Assembly (NCBI GenBank): GCA_902514765.1
Contig: CABXSA010000001.1
Coordinates: 13,180-77,179 of the forward strand
Origin: an uncultured SAR86 cluster bacterium
Lineage (GTDB): Bacteria; Pseudomonadota; Gammaproteobacteria; Magnimaribacterales; AG-339-G14
Direction of reading: 5' to 3'
DNA: 64,000 nt
The notes under the pieces were generated by a model. That model was given only the letters and a program-made list of their open reading frames with translations, did no database searches and was not told where the DNA came from. Of this stretch, positions 37,441-49,922 are shown piece after piece. How positions within the stretch are numbered: the first letter of the stretch is position 1; every line of letters begins with the position of its first letter. The position numbers and the translations under genes are program-made.

Positions 37441-38574
37441 TTATAATTTGTTATTTTTATAATCTAAAATTTCTTTAGGCACGACAATTTCGCCGTCACC
37501 TCCAGCATCATTGCCCCATGCCTTTCGGGTATAGGTAATAACTGCTGCGATCTCTACTTCGGTAAGTTGTTCTGCATAAGATTGCATTGCTGCGCCTTGA
37601 ACTCCTTCCATTAAAATTTCTACCTGCCTGCCTTTGTCGTTCATGACAATCTCACTTCCAGCTAAAGCTGGGAATACCGGTGGAATTCCTGCCCCATTTA
37701 CTTGATGACAAGCGACACAGTTTTTTAAGTAAACCTCTTCTCCAATAGCAAAAAGCTCATCTGTTTCCCAGAGCTTCTCTGTAAGCAAAGCTTGTTGAGC
37801 TTTCAAATCTCTTTTGCCTTGAATGAAATCTTTGTAATCTGAATCTGAAACTGCCTTTACAACAATTGGCATGTAACCGTGATAAACACCACATAATTCG
37901 GTACATTGCCCGCGATAAACTCCCGGCTCATCAACGAATGTCCAGGCTGTGTTTATAAATCCAGGAATGGCATCTTGTTTAACGGCAAAGTCTGGTACCC
38001 ACCAAGAATGAATAACGTCATTTGCAGTAATTAAAAATCTTACTCTTTTGTTCACAGGAATTACGAGAGGCTCATCAACTTCTAAAAGATAAGTTTCTGT
38101 TTTAGGAGCTATGTTGTTTCTGGCGTCCAAAGATGTTTTTAAATTACTGAAAAAACTTACTTCGTCTTCCATGTATTCGTATTGCCATTTCCACTGATGT
38201 CCAGTGATCAGTATGTTAATGTCCCCTTCTTCATCGTCGTATGCTTTTATCATGGTTGAAGTCGCAGGAATTGCCATACCCACTAGAATCAAAGCGAACA
38301 AAATTGTCCAAGTTAGTTCTAGTTTTGGATTGTCATCAAAGTCAGCAGGCTCCACACCCTCTTTCTTACGGTATTTAATGATAAGAAAAATCATGAAGCC
38401 CAAAACCAATGTACCAATGACGACACAAATCCAAAAAATGGTCATGTGTAAGCCAAAGATTTCTTGGGCAATAGCGTTAACGCCAGGGGTCATATTGATA
38501 TCATCCCAGGCCGAAAAAGACAGAGGCGCTAAGAACAATGCCGTGAGGCACAGAGTAAGTTTTTTCAAATACAT
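37441..38574 (-). CDS. coxB: cytochrome c oxidase subunit II with C-terminal cytochrome c domain
   Basis: CuA site HSWWVP...CTELCGVYHGYM and heme-binding CVACH. Confidence 0.95.
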   Translation of the reverse strand: MYLKKLTLCLTALFLAPLSFSAWDDINMTPGVNAIAQEIFGLHMTIFWICVVIGTLVLGFMIFLIIKYRKKEGVEPADFDDNPKLELTWTILFALILVGMAIPATSTMIKAYDDEEGDINILITGHQWKWQYEYMEDEVSFFSNLKTSLDARNNIAPKTETYLLEVDEPLVIPVNKRVRFLITANDVIHSWWVPDFAVKQDAIPGFINTAWTFVDEPGVYRGQCTELCGVYHGYMPIVVKAVSDSDYKDFIQGKRDLKAQQALLTEKLWETDELFAIGEEVYLKNCVACHQVNGAGIPPVFPALAGSEIVMNDKGRQVEILMEGVQGAAMQSYAEQLTEVEIAAVITYTRKAWGNDAGGDGEIVVPKEILDYKNNKL

Positions 38575-38627
38575 CTCAAAAAAAATTTTTTTGGGCGTTA
38601 CGTGAAAAGATTATATATGAATAAGCC

Positions 38628-39476
38628 TTAATCAATAGGCTTTTCAAGCAATCTAGAAGTATCTGGAATAAGATTAGTCCATAATCTAAAAGACTCTGCG
38701 CCCTGCTCAACCAGCATACCCCAGCCATCCGATACTTTTTGAGCTCCACCTGCTAAGGCCTCCTGCATAAAGACTGTATTTTCAACAGAATAAAAGAGAT
38801 CGTAAGCGAGCTTTGTGCCTGAGAATAAGGCTTTTGGCAGACCTATGGATTCTCCAGCTTTTGTTGAAACTGAAGTTGAGTTAATAATCAAATCATAAGA
38901 ACCGGATAGCAGAAAGTCATCTGAAAGACCGCCAGCTTCAAATGTTAAGTTTTTTTTCCTAAAATTAACCTCTATTCCTAAATCTTTTTTTAAAGAAAAA
39001 GCTTTGCTCTCGGTTCTATTAGCTATTTTCAGCTTCGAAGGATTTCTTTCAAGGATGGAAGGAATAATTCCGCGCGCAGCTCCTCCAGCACCTAAAATCA
39101 ATATTTTCTTATCTTCTAAAGAGACTTTTAGATTTTCTTCTAGATCTTTGATTAGACCAAAACCATCGGTACAGTCTGCAAATATCTTTTCGTCTTTCGC
39201 GTAAATGACATTGCATGCTGAGGCAAGCCTGGCCTGATCAGAAATTTCATCTGCATAATTTAAAGCTGCTTCTTTTAGCGGGAGTGTTATAGAAACGCCT
39301 TTTCCGCCATCCTTAAAAAAGTCAGACAGCCATGTTTCTAAAGTTTCTGGTGTAACTTCATCTTTTCTAAATTCAATTTTTACATCAAATTGATTAGCAA
39401 AGTCTTGATGAATCTCAGGAGACTTTGAATGACCAATTGGCTTACCTATTACGGCGAATTTCAATTTCTTATCCAT
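38628..39476 (-). CDS. aroE: shikimate dehydrogenase
   Basis: GKPIGHSKSP and GAGGAARG motifs. Confidence 0.9.
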   Translation of the reverse strand: MDKKLKFAVIGKPIGHSKSPEIHQDFANQFDVKIEFRKDEVTPETLETWLSDFFKDGGKGVSITLPLKEAALNYADEISDQARLASACNVIYAKDEKIFADCTDGFGLIKDLEENLKVSLEDKKILILGAGGAARGIIPSILERNPSKLKIANRTESKAFSLKKDLGIEVNFRKKNLTFEAGGLSDDFLLSGSYDLIINSTSVSTKAGESIGLPKALFSGTKLAYDLFYSVENTVFMQEALAGGAQKVSDGWGMLVEQGAESFRLWTNLIPDTSRLLEKPID

Positions 39477-39964
39477 TCATCAGTTATTAAATTTTGTATT
39501 GGAGTAGGTTTGTCTGACCCGCCAAGCTCTCCTTCTAATATAGATACCTCATCTCCAAATAAGTTTCTAACTTCATCAGCATTTTTTGCTGGAGGTTCTG
39601 ATGAAATATTCGCTGAAGTGGATGTTATAACACTATCTAACTTTTCAGAGAGCTCAATAATTGAAGGATGAACGCTTTGCCTCAGAGCCACAAAGTCGCT
39701 GTTACCTTTTATCCAAAGGGGAACATTATCATTTGCTGGAACCAGCCAAGTATGAGCACCAGGCCATTTACTTTTTGTTTTGTTTATCAGATCTTCAGAC
39801 AAGTGTGATAAGTAGGCTTCAAAATGGGAAAAATGTCCTGAAACCAAAATTAAGCCTTTGTCTAAGGTTCTTTGTTTAAGGAAACAAATTTTTTTTACAT
39901 CTTCTTCTGAATCAGGCAAACAGCCTAAACCCCAAACTCCCTCTGTTGGGTATGCGTAGATCAT
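39461..39964 (-). CDS. tsaC: L-threonylcarbamoyladenylate synthase type 1 (YrdC/TsaC), short N-terminus
   Basis: YPTEGVWGLGC and TSANISS motifs. The ORF starts only 4 residues before YPTE, with the purE stop 13 nt upstream. Confidence 0.8.
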   Translation of the reverse strand: MIYAYPTEGVWGLGCLPDSEEDVKKICFLKQRTLDKGLILVSGHFSHFEAYLSHLSEDLINKTKSKWPGAHTWLVPANDNVPLWIKGNSDFVALRQSVHPSIIELSEKLDSVITSTSANISSEPPAKNADEVRNLFGDEVSILEGELGGSDKPTPIQNLITDEWIRN

Positions 39965-39977
39965 TTTTCTTGATAAT

Positions 39978-40463
39978 TTAGCTTTGAAGATCCTCGTTTT
40001 CCTTTTTTAAAGCCTCTTTTTGCTCCTCTCTGAGGTTTTTAACCTTTTCAGCGAGTTCCTCGTTGCCTGTGGATAACATTTGTGCAGCTAAATATCCTGC
40101 ATTTATTGCTCCTGCCTTACCAATAGCAACCGTTGCTACTGGAACGCCTTTAGGCATTTGCACCGTAGATAAAAGAGCATCAAAGCCGTTCAATGGGCCG
40201 CCGTCTCCAGGAACTCCTATTACTGGCAGCGTGGTTTTGGAGGCAACATTTCCTGCCAAGTGAGCAGCCAAACCTGCAATGCCGATAAAAACTCTAACTC
40301 CATCTGCTATAGCTTCATCTATATGAGCATGCAATAGCTCTGGCGTTCTGTGCGCACTTAAAATATTTATTGTGTATGGAACGTCTAGTGTATCGAGAAT
40401 TTCTCCAGCAGCTTTTGCTAAATCTAAATCTGATTTTGAACCCATGACAATTGAAACTTTCAT
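39978..40463 (-). CDS. purE: N5-carboxyaminoimidazole ribonucleotide mutase
   Basis: VSIVMGSKSDL, SAHRTP and GAAHLAG-type motifs. Confidence 0.9.
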   Translation of the reverse strand: MKVSIVMGSKSDLDLAKAAGEILDTLDVPYTINILSAHRTPELLHAHIDEAIADGVRVFIGIAGLAAHLAGNVASKTTLPVIGVPGDGGPLNGFDALLSTVQMPKGVPVATVAIGKAGAINAGYLAAQMLSTGNEELAEKVKNLREEQKEALKKENEDLQS

Positions 40464-40524
40464 TTTTGATCTCCTTAACTAAAATGTTATTTTACAGATG
40501 ATAAAAATAAATTGAATAACAATC

Positions 40525-41022
40525 GTGGCAGTTAGAAAGATTTTAAAATTTCCTGATCAAGATTTGCGTGTTAAAGCTAAGCCCGTTAAAACTTTTGATG
40601 AAGAGTTGATAGCCTTGACGGATGATATGTTCGAAACCATGCATTCAGTAAATGGCATTGGGCTAGCTGCAACTCAAATTGGCGTTGCTAAACAAATTGC
40701 TGTAATCGACATCAGTCCAGAAAAAAATGAACCTTTAGTAATTATCAATCCTGAAATTCAAATTTTAGACCCTTCTAAAATGGAAGATTACGACGAAGGC
40801 TGTTTAAGTGTCCCAGGTTTTTTTGAGAAAATTTCTAGACCATCAGATATTAAACTCTGTTATCAGGATTTAAGTGGAAAAAAACAAGAAATTAAACCTG
40901 AAGGACTTTTGACCAAAGTTGTCCAACATGAACTTGATCATCTCAATGGTCGATTATTCGTTGATCATATTTCTGAACTTAAAAGAAGAAGAATCCGAAA
41001 TAAAATTGTCAAACAGAAATAA
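40525..41022 (+). CDS. def: peptide deformylase
   Basis: GIGLAATQIG, EGCLS and QHELDH. GTG start. Confidence 0.95.
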   Translation: MAVRKILKFPDQDLRVKAKPVKTFDEELIALTDDMFETMHSVNGIGLAATQIGVAKQIAVIDISPEKNEPLVIINPEIQILDPSKMEDYDEGCLSVPGFFEKISRPSDIKLCYQDLSGKKQEIKPEGLLTKVVQHELDHLNGRLFVDHISELKRRRIRNKIVKQK

Positions 41023-41954
41023 TGAATATCTTATTTGCTGCCACACCTAAGATTGCTCTTAAAACTCTAGAAACGATCTATGAATCAAAACACGATTTAG
41101 TTGGAGTGATTTGTGCAGAAGAAAAGCGTTCGGGCAGAGGATTAAAATTTGTTAAAAGTCCAATCAGAGTTTTTGCAGAAGAAAAAAAAATTAAAATCTT
41201 TTCATACAATGAAATCAAAGATAGAAAATTCAGACCTGCCTTGGAAAAATTCAATATTGATCTTCTTCTTGTCTTTGCTTTTGGACACATCATTAGTGAA
41301 GATCTTTTGAATGTGGCAAAACATGGAAGCTTTAACATTCACACATCTTTACTACCTAAGTATAGAGGTGCAGCCCCAATACAAAGAAGCATAATTAACT
41401 GCGACCGAGAAACAGGAATTACATTCATGAAAATGGATGCCGGTCTTGATACGGGTCCAATTGTAAATAGCGTAAAAGTTCCTATTGAAGAAGGGATGAA
41501 TACCGAAGATTTAGAGGAAATCATGAGCAATGTTTCATCTAGGAATATTTTACAAACTATTGATTCTATTGAGGAAAATACATTTTCTCTTACAGAACAA
41601 AATGAAAATGAATCTTCTTATGCTCCTAAAGTAACCAAAGACGAAGCTAGAATAGATTGGACACAATCAGCGGAAGAAATAGTTGGCAAAATTAACGGTC
41701 TTTGTCCTAACCCTTGTGCATTTTCAGAATATAAAGGTGAACGAATTATTATTCACCGTGCAAAAATAAATGCCCTGCCCGCTTCGAATCCCGGAACAGT
41801 TATCAAGGCTGATAAAAACGAAATTTTAGTCTCTGGAATAGATCAGTGTGTCGAAATTAAAGAACTTGCCAGGCAGAATAAAAAACGAATGGCATACAAA
41901 AGTTTCTTCAATGGATCAAAAGATTTTTTTAACTCCTATGAGAGCTTTAAATAG
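41022..41954 (+). CDS. fmt: methionyl-tRNA formyltransferase
   Basis: HTSLLPKYRGAAPIQ and synteny after def. Confidence 0.95.
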   Translation: MNILFAATPKIALKTLETIYESKHDLVGVICAEEKRSGRGLKFVKSPIRVFAEEKKIKIFSYNEIKDRKFRPALEKFNIDLLLVFAFGHIISEDLLNVAKHGSFNIHTSLLPKYRGAAPIQRSIINCDRETGITFMKMDAGLDTGPIVNSVKVPIEEGMNTEDLEEIMSNVSSRNILQTIDSIEENTFSLTEQNENESSYAPKVTKDEARIDWTQSAEEIVGKINGLCPNPCAFSEYKGERIIIHRAKINALPASNPGTVIKADKNEILVSGIDQCVEIKELARQNKKRMAYKSFFNGSKDFFNSYESFK

Positions 41955-41965
41955 TCATAATCAAA

Positions 41966-41995
41966 TTCACAATATTATTTTTCTGAGAGTATAAT
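41966..41995 (+). promoter_or_regulatory. candidate sigma70 promoter of trkA
   Basis: TTCACA (41966-41971), 18-nt spacer, TATAAT (41990-41995). GGAG SD at 42003 and TTG start at 42013. AT-rich background makes chance matches likely. Confidence 0.3.
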
Positions 41996-42012
41996 TTTTA
42001 TTGGAGCAATAA

Positions 42013-43377
42013 TTGAACATCTTAATTTTAGGTGCCGGACAAGTTGGATCAGAATTGACCGAAATTCTATCTGAGGATGGGCACAGTATAACTCTCGTCG
42101 ATCTTAACGAAGAAAAACTTGAAAAAGAGTCAGAACAACATGATATAAAAATTGTGTGTGGAAATTGTTGCTATCCACAAACTCTCGAAGACGCAAATAT
42201 TCAAGATACAGAATTGGCTATTGCCATGACCGAATATGATGAAGTTAATTTGGTTGCCTGTCAGATGATTAAACATCTCAATAAGAAAACTAGAACCATG
42301 GCTAGAATTAGAGCTAGAGAATATCTTAAAGGCAAGGGTAGTCAGATTTTTGAAAATGGAGAATATTCGATTGACGTTTTGATTTCGCCAGAAACTCTTA
42401 TCACCGAATACATTTCAAAATTGGTCCAGCTTCCAGGAGCTCTTCAGGTTTTAGATTTTGGTGGCGGGCGAGCTTCTATGGTGAGTGTAAAAGCTGTTGA
42501 AGGAGCCCCAATTACTGGTCACAAAGTTTCAGAACTAAGAGAGCACATTCCTAATGCAGATGCTAGGGTTGCGGCTATCTATCGAGAAGAAGAGATTATT
42601 ATTCCAAGTGGAGAGGATTATATAAAAGATGGAGATGAAGTTTTCTTTATCTCTGCTAAAGGAGATATAAAGAAAGTAATGTCTGAAATTAGGCCAAGAG
42701 ATTCTAAATACAAGAATATAATGATTGCAGGTGGCGGAAAGATTGGCAGAAGATTAGCAAAGATCCTTGAAGATAAATTTAGCGTTGTGAAAATTATTGA
42801 AAAAAGTAGAAAAAGAGGAGATTACCTATCTGAAAATTTAGATTCTGCTTTAGTCCTCAATGGCGATTCAACTGATGAAGATTTACTAATAGAAGAAGGC
42901 ATAGAATCGATCGATATGTTTTGTGCAGTCACTGATAGTGATGAAGCAAATGTTATGTCTTCCTTATTAGCAAAAAAACTTGGAGCCAAAAAAGTGCTTT
43001 CTTTAATGAATAAACAATCTTTTTTAGATCTGATTCATCAAGGTGAAGTAGACATTACTGTAATTCCAAATGAGATTACAATTGGGGTTGTTCTGAAAAA
43101 CATAACAAAAGCAAAGATTGAAAGAGCTCACACCTTTAAAAAAGGTAAATCTGAGGCCTTAGAGCTCATAGCAAGCCCTGAAACAACTCCTAGGATCATT
43201 GGTCAAGAAATAGATGACATTAAGCTACCAAATGGCTGTACCATAAGTGCTGTAATTCGTGAAAAAGAAGTTAAAATCGCTCATCATGATCTTAAAATTC
43301 ACGAAGATGACCATATAATTATCTTCTTATCTGATAAAAAACTTTTTCCAGCTTTAGAAACAAGTTTAATGAGTTAA
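42013..43377 (+). CDS. trkA: Trk potassium uptake system NAD-binding subunit
   Basis: Two RCK/Rossmann repeats (ILILGAGQVG, IMIAGGGKIG). Confidence 0.9.
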   Translation: MNILILGAGQVGSELTEILSEDGHSITLVDLNEEKLEKESEQHDIKIVCGNCCYPQTLEDANIQDTELAIAMTEYDEVNLVACQMIKHLNKKTRTMARIRAREYLKGKGSQIFENGEYSIDVLISPETLITEYISKLVQLPGALQVLDFGGGRASMVSVKAVEGAPITGHKVSELREHIPNADARVAAIYREEEIIIPSGEDYIKDGDEVFFISAKGDIKKVMSEIRPRDSKYKNIMIAGGGKIGRRLAKILEDKFSVVKIIEKSRKRGDYLSENLDSALVLNGDSTDEDLLIEEGIESIDMFCAVTDSDEANVMSSLLAKKLGAKKVLSLMNKQSFLDLIHQGEVDITVIPNEITIGVVLKNITKAKIERAHTFKKGKSEALELIASPETTPRIIGQEIDDIKLPNGCTISAVIREKEVKIAHHDLKIHEDDHIIIFLSDKKLFPALETSLMS

Positions 43378-43408
43378 GAAGAAATTAAGTGCTATTTAAG
43401 AAATTTTA

Positions 43409-44860
43409 ATGAAGTTTAGGTTAATTTCTAGGGTTTTGGGAATAGGTTTGATCGCCTTTTCTTTTTTACAGCTTACACCGATTATAGTTTCTATTATCTA
43501 TAGCGAAGAGAATATTACAGCTTTTGCCTATTCCTTTCTTGTAACCCTCGTGTTTGGCTTGTTTCTATATTTGGTTAATTTTGAAAAGAAATATGAAGGG
43601 ATAAGAGTTAAAGAAGGTTTTTTGTTAACTGTTCTGCTTTGGTTATTTTTTACTATTTTTGCAACTTTACCATTTATACTTGGGGCTAAGAGTGATTTAT
43701 CAATAGTAAGTGCTTACTTTGAAGCTACCTCAGGTTTAACTACTACAGGTGCAACAATATTTTCTGATCTTTCAGGGGAATATTACTCTATTTTGTTTTA
43801 TAGAGGCTTGCTCCAATGGATTGGTGGTCTTGGTATTATCGTATTGGCTATTGCCCTTATGCCTCTTTTGGGAGTTGGTGGAATGCAGCTATATAGGGGT
43901 GAAACACAAGGACCTATAAATCAAAGCAAATTAAGGCCGAAAATTGCTGAAACTGCTATGGTCTTGGTGTACATATATCTCATTCTTACTTTGCTTTGTT
44001 TCCTGTCCTACTTCATAGCTGGAATGGAATATTTCGACGCAGTAGTTCACTCTTTTACTACGATTGCAATTGGCGGCTTTTCTAATTACAACGAGAGTTT
44101 TGCTTTCTTCAACAACAACACAATTTATCTTTTGGCTGTTGTTTTTATGTTCATTTCAGGTATAAGTTTTTCTCTTCATTACCTTTCTTTTTCAAATTTT
44201 AAATTATTCAACTATTTAAAAGATCCTGAATTTGGGTTTTATTGGAAAATGCTTTTTCTTGCTTTTGTTCTTTTCTTAATAACTATCTGGTTAAGCAGCT
44301 CTGAAATTTCTTCTAGTGTAATTGTATCTTCCTTATTTACTGTCACTTCTTTTGCGACAACTACTGGGTTTACTGTTTTGGATCATACTTTGTTTCCGAC
44401 ATACCTCCCACAAATGCTAATTTTTATCGGCATGATAGGGGCTTGTGCAGGATCAACTGCAGGAGGTTTTAAAGCGATAAGAGGTTTGGTACTTTTGAAT
44501 CATGCTAGAAGAGAGCTTAAAAAACTTATACACCCAAATCTTGTCTTACCCTTAAAAATTGGCGGAAAGAAAATTAACAGTGAAGTTGCAGATTCAGTTT
44601 GGGGATTTTTAACTGTTTACTTGATTACTTTCTTAGTTGGATCTTTTATCTTAATGGGGCAGGGGATAGATACAGAAACTGCTTTTTCAGCAATAGCGGC
44701 GTGTCTAAATAATTTAGGTCCAGGACTCGGTGAAGTAGCTTATAATTACGCAGGAATGGATGCGTTTACGAAAGTTCTTTTGGCTTTCGTAATGATACTT
44801 GGAAGATTAGAAATCTATACTTTGTTGGTATTATTTACAGCATTCTTTTGGAAAGAATAG
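43409..44860 (+). CDS. trkH: Trk potassium uptake system membrane subunit
   Basis: About 480-aa polytopic protein with repeated TTGF/GG selectivity-like loops (SGLTTTGAT, TTTGF). Follows trkA. Confidence 0.9.
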   Translation: MKFRLISRVLGIGLIAFSFLQLTPIIVSIIYSEENITAFAYSFLVTLVFGLFLYLVNFEKKYEGIRVKEGFLLTVLLWLFFTIFATLPFILGAKSDLSIVSAYFEATSGLTTTGATIFSDLSGEYYSILFYRGLLQWIGGLGIIVLAIALMPLLGVGGMQLYRGETQGPINQSKLRPKIAETAMVLVYIYLILTLLCFLSYFIAGMEYFDAVVHSFTTIAIGGFSNYNESFAFFNNNTIYLLAVVFMFISGISFSLHYLSFSNFKLFNYLKDPEFGFYWKMLFLAFVLFLITIWLSSSEISSSVIVSSLFTVTSFATTTGFTVLDHTLFPTYLPQMLIFIGMIGACAGSTAGGFKAIRGLVLLNHARRELKKLIHPNLVLPLKIGGKKINSEVADSVWGFLTVYLITFLVGSFILMGQGIDTETAFSAIAACLNNLGPGLGEVAYNYAGMDAFTKVLLAFVMILGRLEIYTLLVLFTAFFWKE

Positions 44861-44889
44861 TAAGTACTTACTTCTAATAAGATACAAGC

Positions 44890-46251
44890 ATGGCTGAAAA
44901 TAAAATGGATAAAATTGTCTCTCTTTGTAAGAGAAGAGGCTTCATTTTTCAAACTGCAGAGATATATGGAGGAATGCAGGGCGTTTATGATTATGGACCT
45001 CTTGGTGTTGAACTTGCCAACAATATTAAACGAGCTTGGTGGGAATCTATGATTTACCAAAGAGATGATATAGAAGGCTTGGATTCTTCAATTTTGGGCA
45101 GCCAAAAAATCTTTGCGCAATCAGGTCATGAAGACACTTTTACTGACCCTTTAATTGATTGCAAAGATTGTAAATTCAGAATGCGAGCAGATACTTTAGA
45201 TGAAATGAAGTGTCCAAATTGCGGGTCAACAAATTTAACTGAGCCTAGAGACTTTAATCTGATGTTTAAAACTAATATTGGGCCAGTAGACGATGGCTCT
45301 TCCATTGCCTATCTTCGTCCAGAAACAGCTCAGCATATTTTTATTAATTTTAAGAATGTTTTAGACAGCACTTCTAGAACCCTACCTTTTGGGATTGCCC
45401 AAATTGGAAAAGCGTTTAGAAATGAAATAACAGCCAGAAATTTTATCTTTCGAAAAAGAGAATTTGAGCAAATGGAAATGGAGTATTTTGTAGAGCCGAA
45501 AGATGATGAAAAATTTCATGAATATTGGATTAAAGAAAGAGTGAAATGGTGGATGGATCAAGGTTTAAGTGAAGAAAATTTAGAAATTTTTAATGTCCCC
45601 AAAAAGGAATTATCCCATTACTCCAAGGCAACAGCAGATATTATGTATAAATTTCCTCATGGAACAGAAGAGCTGGAGGGGATTGCAAATAGAACGGATT
45701 TTGATTTAGGCTCTCATACCAAGTCTCAAAAAGAATTTAACATACAGGCTAAAACGAGGGAAAATAAGGCTTCAAAAGCGAAACTTGCCTTTCAGGATAA
45801 AATATCAAATAAATGGCTTGTACCATATGTTATTGAGCCAAGTGCTGGAGTCGAAAGGGCGTTTTTAGCTATTCTGAACGACGCATATAAGGAAGAAAAT
45901 CTTGAAAATGATTCAAAAAGGGTAGTATTGTCTTTGAAAAATCACCTATCTCCTATAAAAGTAGCTGTTATTCCCCTTAAAAAGAACGTAGACGCAATAG
46001 TAAAAGCTTCTGTAGAGATAAAAAATAGGCTCTTAAAACTGAATATTGGAAGAGTTGCAGTTGAAAATACTGGAAATATAGGAAAGAGTTATAGAAAACA
46101 TGATGAAATTGGTACTCCAATTTGTATAACAGTTGACTATGACACCATAGAAAAGAACAAAGTTACTTTTAGAGATAGAGATACTATGGAGCAAGAGGTA
46201 ATCGACTTAAGCGAAATAGATAAAAGCATTCTAAAGTTATTTAAAGGTTAA
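44890..46251 (+). CDS. glyQS: glycine--tRNA ligase, homodimeric alpha2 type
   Basis: N-terminus [34 protein letters not shown] and class II motifs ([21 protein letters not shown]). CxxC-x13-CxxC insertion. Confidence 0.9.
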   Translation: MAENKMDKIVSLCKRRGFIFQTAEIYGGMQGVYDYGPLGVELANNIKRAWWESMIYQRDDIEGLDSSILGSQKIFAQSGHEDTFTDPLIDCKDCKFRMRADTLDEMKCPNCGSTNLTEPRDFNLMFKTNIGPVDDGSSIAYLRPETAQHIFINFKNVLDSTSRTLPFGIAQIGKAFRNEITARNFIFRKREFEQMEMEYFVEPKDDEKFHEYWIKERVKWWMDQGLSEENLEIFNVPKKELSHYSKATADIMYKFPHGTEELEGIANRTDFDLGSHTKSQKEFNIQAKTRENKASKAKLAFQDKISNKWLVPYVIEPSAGVERAFLAILNDAYKEENLENDSKRVVLSLKNHLSPIKVAVIPLKKNVDAIVKASVEIKNRLLKLNIGRVAVENTGNIGKSYRKHDEIGTPICITVDYDTIEKNKVTFRDRDTMEQEVIDLSEIDKSILKLFKG

Positions 46252-46253
46252 GA

Positions 46254-46793
46254 ATGTCAGACCAGAAGTACATTATTCTCGATAGAGATGGCGTTATTAA
46301 CGTTGATCTCTTTGATTATGTTACAAAGCCAGCAGATTTTAAATTCGAGGATGGAAGCCTAAAAGCATTATCTATGTTATCTAACAATAATTTTAAAATT
46401 ATTGTTGCAACAAATCAGGCCTGCATAAGCCTCGGCATAGCTTCTAAAGATCAAATAGATAACGTAAATTCTCACATGAAACAAAAAGTTAGAGAACACG
46501 GATCAGATATTATTCATATAGAAGTTTGTCCCCATAGACCTGAAGATGATTGTGAATGCAGAAAACCAAAAACCGGTCTTTTGCTCCAAGCAGAAAAAGC
46601 TCTAGGTATTAATCTTAAAGGTAGTTATTTTGTTGGAGATAAATTTTCTGATGTTCAGTGTGCTCTTGCTCATGAATGCAAACCTTTATTGGTTAAAACT
46701 GGTTATGGAGAGATCACGTTGAAAAATCATGATACTTCTCAAGCCCAAGTTTTTGAAAATCTATTGTCAGCAACAAAATTTATCTGTCAATGA
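46254..46793 (+). CDS. gmhB: D-glycero-beta-D-manno-heptose-1,7-bisphosphate 7-phosphatase (HAD)
   Basis: DRDGVIN and Zn motif CPHRPEDDCECRKPKTG. Confidence 0.85.
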   Translation: MSDQKYIILDRDGVINVDLFDYVTKPADFKFEDGSLKALSMLSNNNFKIIVATNQACISLGIASKDQIDNVNSHMKQKVREHGSDIIHIEVCPHRPEDDCECRKPKTGLLLQAEKALGINLKGSYFVGDKFSDVQCALAHECKPLLVKTGYGEITLKNHDTSQAQVFENLLSATKFICQ

Positions 46794-47500
46794 TTTCATA
46801 TGTAAGATCTTTTCTTTTTTATGTGATTTTAGGAATTTCTTTAATCATCATATCTTTAACCTTTCCGGCTTGTATTTTTATTGATAGAAAATTCAGACAG
46901 AAAATTATTCTTTCCTGGGTTGCTTTCTTTCGTTGGTGGATAAGAATTTGTTGCGGAGTAAAGATTGTTTTTAAGGGAAATGTTGAGGTCATAAATTCTC
47001 CTAGAAAAAAAATCTTTTTTCCTAACCATCAAGGGTTTATAGAAACTTTGGTTTTGTATGAAAGATTTGTTCCTACAGCAACCATCCTGAAAGATGTTTT
47101 ATTATCATGGCCAATTATTGGCTGGGCTTTGAGACTGCTTAGTTCAATTCCAATTGATAGAGGTAAGGGCTCGGAAGCTGTAAAAAAGATTTTTTCTATG
47201 GGCAAGGAATTATTAGATTCTGGTTTTTCTTTAATCTATTATCCAGAAGGCACTAGAAGAAAACCGGGAGACCTTGGTATCTACAAAAAAACGGGTGCGG
47301 AATTAGCTTTGCAAACAGATAGTGAAATTATCCCTATAGTTCATAATGCAGGAGAATCTTGGTATGGGGGGGATTTTGTTATAACTCCCGGCGATGTAAT
47401 TTTTTTTATTGGAGACCCTATTCAGCCAACAGAAAACTCCTCTGAAACAACAAAAATAGTTAGAAACTGGACAGAAAATAAATATTCAGAACTTTTTTGA
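46790..47500 (+). CDS. plsC: 1-acyl-sn-glycerol-3-phosphate acyltransferase family
   Basis: N-terminal TM helix. The acyltransferase block NHQGFIE has HX4E instead of the usual HX4D. YPEGTR block also present. Confidence 0.75.
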   Translation: MISYVRSFLFYVILGISLIIISLTFPACIFIDRKFRQKIILSWVAFFRWWIRICCGVKIVFKGNVEVINSPRKKIFFPNHQGFIETLVLYERFVPTATILKDVLLSWPIIGWALRLLSSIPIDRGKGSEAVKKIFSMGKELLDSGFSLIYYPEGTRRKPGDLGIYKKTGAELALQTDSEIIPIVHNAGESWYGGDFVITPGDVIFFIGDPIQPTENSSETTKIVRNWTENKYSELF

Positions 47501-47501
47501 G

Positions 47502-49922
<2,421 letters not shown>

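Noticed and set aside
38576-38627. A8T7 run and surrounding sequence upstream of coxB, considered as a regulatory element or parS-like site (GTTACGTGAAAA).
   Set aside because: The homopolymer palindrome is low-complexity. The parS-like stretch lacks one base of the core and does not align without a gap.
44859-44872. 14-bp palindrome AGTAAGTACTTACT right after trkH, considered as a terminator.
   Set aside because: There is no loop and no T-run, and glyQS starts 18 nt later. This is too weak to call.
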